A stretch of 62,871 bases of DNA, counting the filler. It is 6 parts of 6 records of this genome, joined end to end, with 100 filler letters (N's around TTAATTAATTAA, not from the genome) between each part and the next. Parts side by side here need not be neighbours in the genome. Positions count along the whole stretch, not along the records: positions 54,715 to 59,643 come from SRR20825010_2643; positions 59,744 to 62,871 come from SRR20825010_2680; 4 more parts are not named here. One strand, given 5' to 3'. Of this stretch, positions 58,728 to 62,871 are shown in pieces (the stretch's first letter is position 1; each line of letters starts with the position of its first letter). Position numbers and translations under genes: made by a program. The notes under the pieces were generated by a model that did no database searches, was not told the DNA's origin, and was given only the letters and a program-made list of their open reading frames with translations.

Positions 58728-59643
58728 ATGAGCGTAGCGACGCTGGAAGCAACGACTGCTGATTCCATGCCGATCGATCAAATCGACGTGAGCAATCCCG
58801 AACTTTTCCTGAACGATACGGTAGGCGAATATTTCACTCGCCTGCGTCGCGACGATCCGGTGCATTACTGCAAAGACAGCGCCTACGGACCTTATTGGTC
58901 GATCACCAAGTATCAAGACATCATGGCGGTCGACACGAACCATAAAGTCTTCTCGTCGGAAGCCGGTGTCGGCGGCATCATCATTGATGATAATAACGTA
59001 CGCAGCGAAGGCCTGCCCTTGCGCAGCTTCATCACGATGGATCCGCCAGATCACGATGCGCAGCGCAAGACGGTGAGCCCGATTGTGGCGCCCGCCAATC
59101 TGATGGTGCTGGAAAAAACAATCCGCGAGCGGATGCAGAATATTCTCGATCGTCTGCCAGTCGGCGAAACATTCGACTGGGTGGACAATGTCTCCATCGA
59201 ACTCACAACCCAGATGCTGGCAACGCTGTTCGACTTCCCCTTCGAGGAACGCCGCAAGCTGACACGCTGGTCCGATGTGACAACAGCCGAACCCGGCAGC
59301 GGCATTATCGACAGCTGGGAACAGCGCGCCAAAGAGCTACAGGAATGTGCGGCATCCTTCATGACGCTGTGGAACCAGCGTGTGAATGCAAAAGAACCCG
59401 GCAACGATCTGATCTCGATGCTCGCCCATTCGCCAGCAACACGAAACATGCCGCCGGAAGAATTCCTCGGCAATATTCTACTGCTGATCGTCGGTGGCAA
59501 TGACACGACACGCAATTCGATGACAGGCAGCGTGCTGGCGCTGAACCGCTTCCCCAAAGAATTCGAGAAGCTGAAAGCCAATCACGCGCTCATCGACACG
59601 ATGGTGCCGGAAGTCATCCGCTGGCAGACACCGCTTGCCCATA
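58728..59643 (+). CDS. Cytochrome P450, CYP153 family (alkane omega-hydroxylase), 3'-truncated
   Basis: IDVSNPELF, GPYWSITKY, SIELTTQMLATLFDFP, LLIVGGNDTTRNSM, EVIRWQTPLAH. Confidence 0.95.
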
Positions 59644-59743
59644 NNNNNNNNNNNNNNNNNNNNNNNNNNNNNNNNNNNNNNNNNNNNTTAATTAATTAAN
59701 NNNNNNNNNNNNNNNNNNNNNNNNNNNNNNNNNNNNNNNNNNN
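59644..59743. other. Artificial contig spacer
   Basis: N44-TTAATTAATTAA-N44. Confidence 0.99.
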
Positions 59744-59744
59744 C

Positions 59745-60251
59745 GGTGCCCAGAAAAATATCGGCCCGGCCGGCCTGACTCTGGTCATCGTGCGTAAGGA
59801 CCTGCTCGGCAAAGCCTCAAGCAGTGTTCCTGCCATGCTCAATTACCAGATCCATGCCGACAACGGCAGCATGTACAACACCCCGCCGACCTATGCCTGG
59901 TACCTGTCTGGTCTGGTGTTCTCCTGGCTGAAAAAGCAGGGCGGCGTGGGCAACATGGGTGAAATAAACCAGCGCAAAGCAGAAAAGCTGTATGGTTTTA
60001 TTGATGCCAGCGGTTTGTACAGCAACCCGGTAGAGGTGATCAGCCGCAGCCGCATGAATGTGCCTTTTGTCTTGGCTGATGACCGTCTCGACAAGCCGTT
60101 CCTGGATCAGGCTCAGGCAGCTGGCTTGTTGAATCTCAAAGGTCACCGCAGCGTGGGTGGCATGCGCGCCAGCATCTACAATGCGGTGCCGGAAGCGGCG
60201 GTGGATGCGCTGATTGCCTTTATGGCAGAGTTTGAAAAGAAACACGGCTAG
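59745..60251 (+). CDS. serC: Phosphoserine aminotransferase, 5'-truncated
   Basis: [33 protein letters not shown]. Confidence 0.97.
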   Translation, partial: GAQKNIGPAGLTLVIVRKDLLGKASSSVPAMLNYQIHADNGSMYNTPPTYAWYLSGLVFSWLKKQGGVGNMGEINQRKAEKLYGFIDASGLYSNPVEVISRSRMNVPFVLADDRLDKPFLDQAQAAGLLNLKGHRSVGGMRASIYNAVPEAAVDALIAFMAEFEKKHG

Positions 60252-60253
60252 AC

Positions 60254-60420
60254 GCTTCAGGCAACACGCATCACGCCATACTTGCCAGGGTAGTGCAGGT
60301 GTTTAGCGACGAGATTGTTTGAGAGGTGGGTAGAACAATGGATTTGAATGGTTGGCACGAAATCGCAACGAATGCTCCCACGCCTGTTCGCGTGTTGCGT
60401 GATGCGTGCTGCATGCTTGC
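60254..60420. repeat. Inverted heptamer tandem arms flanking about 110 nt
   Basis: GCTTCAG-GCAACAC-GCATCAC (60254-60274) versus GCGTGTT-GCGTGAT-GCGTGCT-GCATGCT (60390-60417). Confidence 0.7.
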
Positions 60421-60429
60421 GAGGGCAGA

Positions 60430-61512
60430 ATGACCGATTCTCTGGATTCCCTGCGTAACCAGATCGACGAGCTGGATCAAAAACTTCAGGACCTGCTCAA
60501 CGAGCGCGCGACTTTGGCCCATAAAGTGGCTGAGGTGAAAACGGCCACCGACCCCAACCCGGTTTTCTACCGGCCTGAGCGTGAAGCCCAGGTGCTGCGT
60601 CGGGTCAAAGAGCGTAATCAGGGGCCGCTGGATGGCGAGACCATGGCGCGCTTTTTCCGTGAAGTGATGAGCGCCTGCCTGGCGCTTGAGCAGCGCATGA
60701 AGGTGGCGTTTTTGGGGCCGGAAGGTACCTTTACCCAGCAGGCTGCCCTCAAGCATTTTGGTCATGCAGTGGAGAGCCTGCCGCTGGGTGCCATTGATGA
60801 AGTCTTTCGTGAAGTGGAATCCGGTGCCGCCAACTATGGTGTGGTGCCAGTGGAAAACTCCACTGAAGGGGTGGTGAACCACACCCTGGATACGTTCATG
60901 ACCTCCAGCCTGAAAATTTGCGGGGAAGTGGAACTGCGTATTCATCATCATCTGCTGGCGGGTGAGCATACCCGCCAGGACAAGGTGACTCGGGTGTATT
61001 CCCACCAGCAGACGTTGGCCCAGTGTCGTCAGTGGCTGGATGCCCACATGCCCGGCGTGGAGCGGATCGCGGTTAGCTCCAATGCCGAGGCAGCGCGCCG
61101 CCTGAAAGATGAATGGAATGCCCTGGCCATTGCCGGGGAAATGGCGGAAGAGCTTTATGGGCTCACTGCCGTACAACGCAACATTGAAGATCGCCCGGAC
61201 AACACCACCCGCTTTATTATCATCGGTCGCCAGGACACGCCGGCCTCCGGCTGCGACAAGACCAGCTTGATGATCAGTGGCAAAAACCGCCCGGGGTTGT
61301 TGTACGAAGTGTTGTCCCCCTTCCGGGACGAAGGCATCAACCTGACCCGTCTGGAATCCAGGCCCTCGCGCACTGCCAACTGGAGCTATGTGTTCTTCGT
61401 GGATTGCGAAGGCCACAAGGAAGATGCGGCCTTGCAGGCGGTGCTGGATAAACTGGAAGCCGCCGGCAATACCATCAAGCTGCTGGGCTCGTATCCCAAG
61501 GCAGTGCTATAG
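60430..61512 (+). CDS. pheA: Chorismate mutase/prephenate dehydratase (P-protein)
   Basis: LRNQIDELD, FLGPEGTF, VPVENS, NTTRF, LESRP. Confidence 0.97.
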   Translation: MTDSLDSLRNQIDELDQKLQDLLNERATLAHKVAEVKTATDPNPVFYRPEREAQVLRRVKERNQGPLDGETMARFFREVMSACLALEQRMKVAFLGPEGTFTQQAALKHFGHAVESLPLGAIDEVFREVESGAANYGVVPVENSTEGVVNHTLDTFMTSSLKICGEVELRIHHHLLAGEHTRQDKVTRVYSHQQTLAQCRQWLDAHMPGVERIAVSSNAEAARRLKDEWNALAIAGEMAEELYGLTAVQRNIEDRPDNTTRFIIIGRQDTPASGCDKTSLMISGKNRPGLLYEVLSPFRDEGINLTRLESRPSRTANWSYVFFVDCEGHKEDAALQAVLDKLEAAGNTIKLLGSYPKAVL

Positions 61513-61518
61513 GCAATC

Positions 61519-61595
61519 GGGTCTGACGTCGGAGGTCTGACGCCGGACGCCTTAGCGGTTTTTGCGTCGGACGTCCGACTTCAGACGTCCGGCCC
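61519..61595. repeat. Hairpin with four heptamer units per arm
   Basis: GTCTGAC-GTCGGAG-GTCTGAC-GCCGGAC versus GTCGGAC-GTCCGAC-TTCAGAC-GTCCGGC, 13-nt loop. Confidence 0.8.
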
Positions 61596-61653
61596 TGATC
61601 AGATAACCCCTGTGGCCAAGGCTGGCAATCAGGGGTAAAGGGAGCTCCCACAC

Positions 61654-62766
61654 ATGACCTGCGATTACATCCAATTAGCCAACAACGGTATCCAGCAGCT
61701 CAAGCCCTACGAGCCGGGCAAGCCCATCGAGGAGCTGGAGCGTGAGCTGGGCGTCACCGATATCGTCAAGCTGGCCAGTAACGAGAATCCGCTGGGGGCC
61801 AGCCACAAGGCTCTTCATGCCCTTAAACATCTCCACGAGCTGCATCTGTATCCGGATGGCGCCACGTTTTCCCTAAAAGCGGCCTTGTCGGAGAAGCTGG
61901 GTGTGGACAGCGCGCAGCTGACACTGGGTAACGGTTCCAACGATGTGCTGGATCTGGTTGCCAGGGCTTACCTGCAGGAAGGTGACGAAGCGATTTTCTC
62001 CGAATACGCTTTTGCGGTGTACCCGATTGTAACCCTGGCCTGCAACGCCAAACCGGTGCAGGTGCCTTCCAATCTGTTTGGTCACGATCTGGCGGCCATG
62101 GCCGAGGCCGTGACCGATCGCACCCGGGTGATTTTTGTTGCCAACCCGAACAACCCCACCGGCACCTGGTTTAATGCTCATGCCCTGGATGAATTCCTGT
62201 CACGGATTCCCGATCGGGTGGTTGTGGTGCTGGATGAGGCCTACGTGGAGTATGTGGAAGAAAGCCACTACCCGAATGGGATTGAACGACTGGCTAAACA
62301 TCCTAACCTGATCGTGACCCGCACTTTCTCCAAGATCTATGGTCTCGCCGGGCTGCGGGTGGGGTATGGCATCTCCAGCCCGCAGATCGCCGATGTGCTG
62401 AATCGCGTGCGCCAGCCGTTCAATGTGAATACGCCGGCACAGGTGGCGGCGGAAGCGGCCCTGCAGGATGACGATCACATCGAAAACTCCCGCAGCGAGA
62501 ACACCTCAGGTCTGGTGCAGATCGCCGAAGGCCTGCAGAAGCTGCATCTTGAGCAGATCCCTTCCGTAGCCAATTTCATTGCCTTCGATTGTGGCCGTGA
62601 CGCCATGCCTGTCTATGAAGGGCTCTTGAAGCAGGGAGTGATCGTGCGTCCGCTGGGAGGTTACGGCATGCCCAACCACCTGCGCGTCACCGTGGGCACC
62701 AGCCGCGAAAATGAACGCTTCCTGGATGCGCTCAAGCATGTGCTGAAGGATTTGGCGGATGGGTAA
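61654..62766 (+). CDS. hisC: Histidinol-phosphate aminotransferase
   Basis: KLASNENPLG, ANPNNPTG, DEAY, RTFSKIYGLAGLRVGY. Confidence 0.96.
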   Translation: MTCDYIQLANNGIQQLKPYEPGKPIEELERELGVTDIVKLASNENPLGASHKALHALKHLHELHLYPDGATFSLKAALSEKLGVDSAQLTLGNGSNDVLDLVARAYLQEGDEAIFSEYAFAVYPIVTLACNAKPVQVPSNLFGHDLAAMAEAVTDRTRVIFVANPNNPTGTWFNAHALDEFLSRIPDRVVVVLDEAYVEYVEESHYPNGIERLAKHPNLIVTRTFSKIYGLAGLRVGYGISSPQIADVLNRVRQPFNVNTPAQVAAEAALQDDDHIENSRSENTSGLVQIAEGLQKLHLEQIPSVANFIAFDCGRDAMPVYEGLLKQGVIVRPLGGYGMPNHLRVTVGTSRENERFLDALKHVLKDLADG

Positions 62767-62791
62767 CGTCAAAACCTTGGAAATGCCCGCT

Positions 62792-62871
62792 GTAGGAGCA
62801 CCTCTTGAGGTGCGAACCTGCTTGCGGCATGCCGTGCCAGATTCGGTTCGCACCTCAAGAGGTGCTCCTAC
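62792..62871. repeat. GTAG-type REP doublet (REPIN)
   Basis: Perfect 27-bp inverted repeat GTAGGAGCACCTCTTGAGGTGCGAACC (62792-62818 / 62845-62871), 26-nt spacer. Confidence 0.9.

Noticed and set aside
22446-59743. Five identical TTAATTAATTAA motifs within N-runs
   Set aside because: Artificial linkers with stops in all six frames; genes on either side are not neighbours, and ORFs running into X residues are truncated or artefactual
60271-61416. Long antisense ORFs (also 33110-34024, 31373-32434, 12869-13567)
   Set aside because: Shadows of real genes caused by GC-rich codon bias; no motifs or RBS
1-62871. CRISPR array, tRNA or rRNA genes
   Set aside because: No regularly spaced direct repeats with unique spacers and no recognisable tRNA/rRNA motifs on manual reading

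Overview
The window is not one locus. It is six unrelated contigs joined by five identical 100-nt artificial spacers (N44-TTAATTAATTAA-N44). Taxonomic labels are inferred from gene content and style only. (1) 1-22445, Parvibaculum-like alphaproteobacterium: acyl-CoA catabolism, Ni/Co transporter, cspA, pstSCAB, FTR1, exbBD-tonB, desaturase and two small secreted peptides. (2) 22546-36723, Limnobacter-like betaproteobacterium: Spy/CpxRA, ATP-dependent ligase cluster, clsB, nudB, aspS. (3) 36824-45354, alphaproteobacterial flagellar region with a FlmG-like TPR-glycosyltransferase. (4) 45455-54614, Pirellulaceae-like planctomycete: a run of cassette-like genes with decayed attC-like spacers and a His-rich DUF1559/permease module. 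(5) 54715-59643, Parvibaculum-like: thiD, glmM, sul2-like DHPS, TetR, CYP153. (6) 59744-62871, Alcanivorax-like serC-pheA-hisC with intergenic palindromic repeats. The strongest signals are in contig 5. It holds an intact chromosomal TetR-sul2-like folP-glmM block that appears to be the complete version of the fragment carried by mobile sul2 elements. The TetR resembles the Vibrio quorum-sensing regulators SmcR/HapR/LuxR and faces a CYP153 gene whose promoter carries a 15-bp perfect inverted repeat with an SmcR-like core. Comparisons to named reference sequences are from recall and need alignment to confirm.
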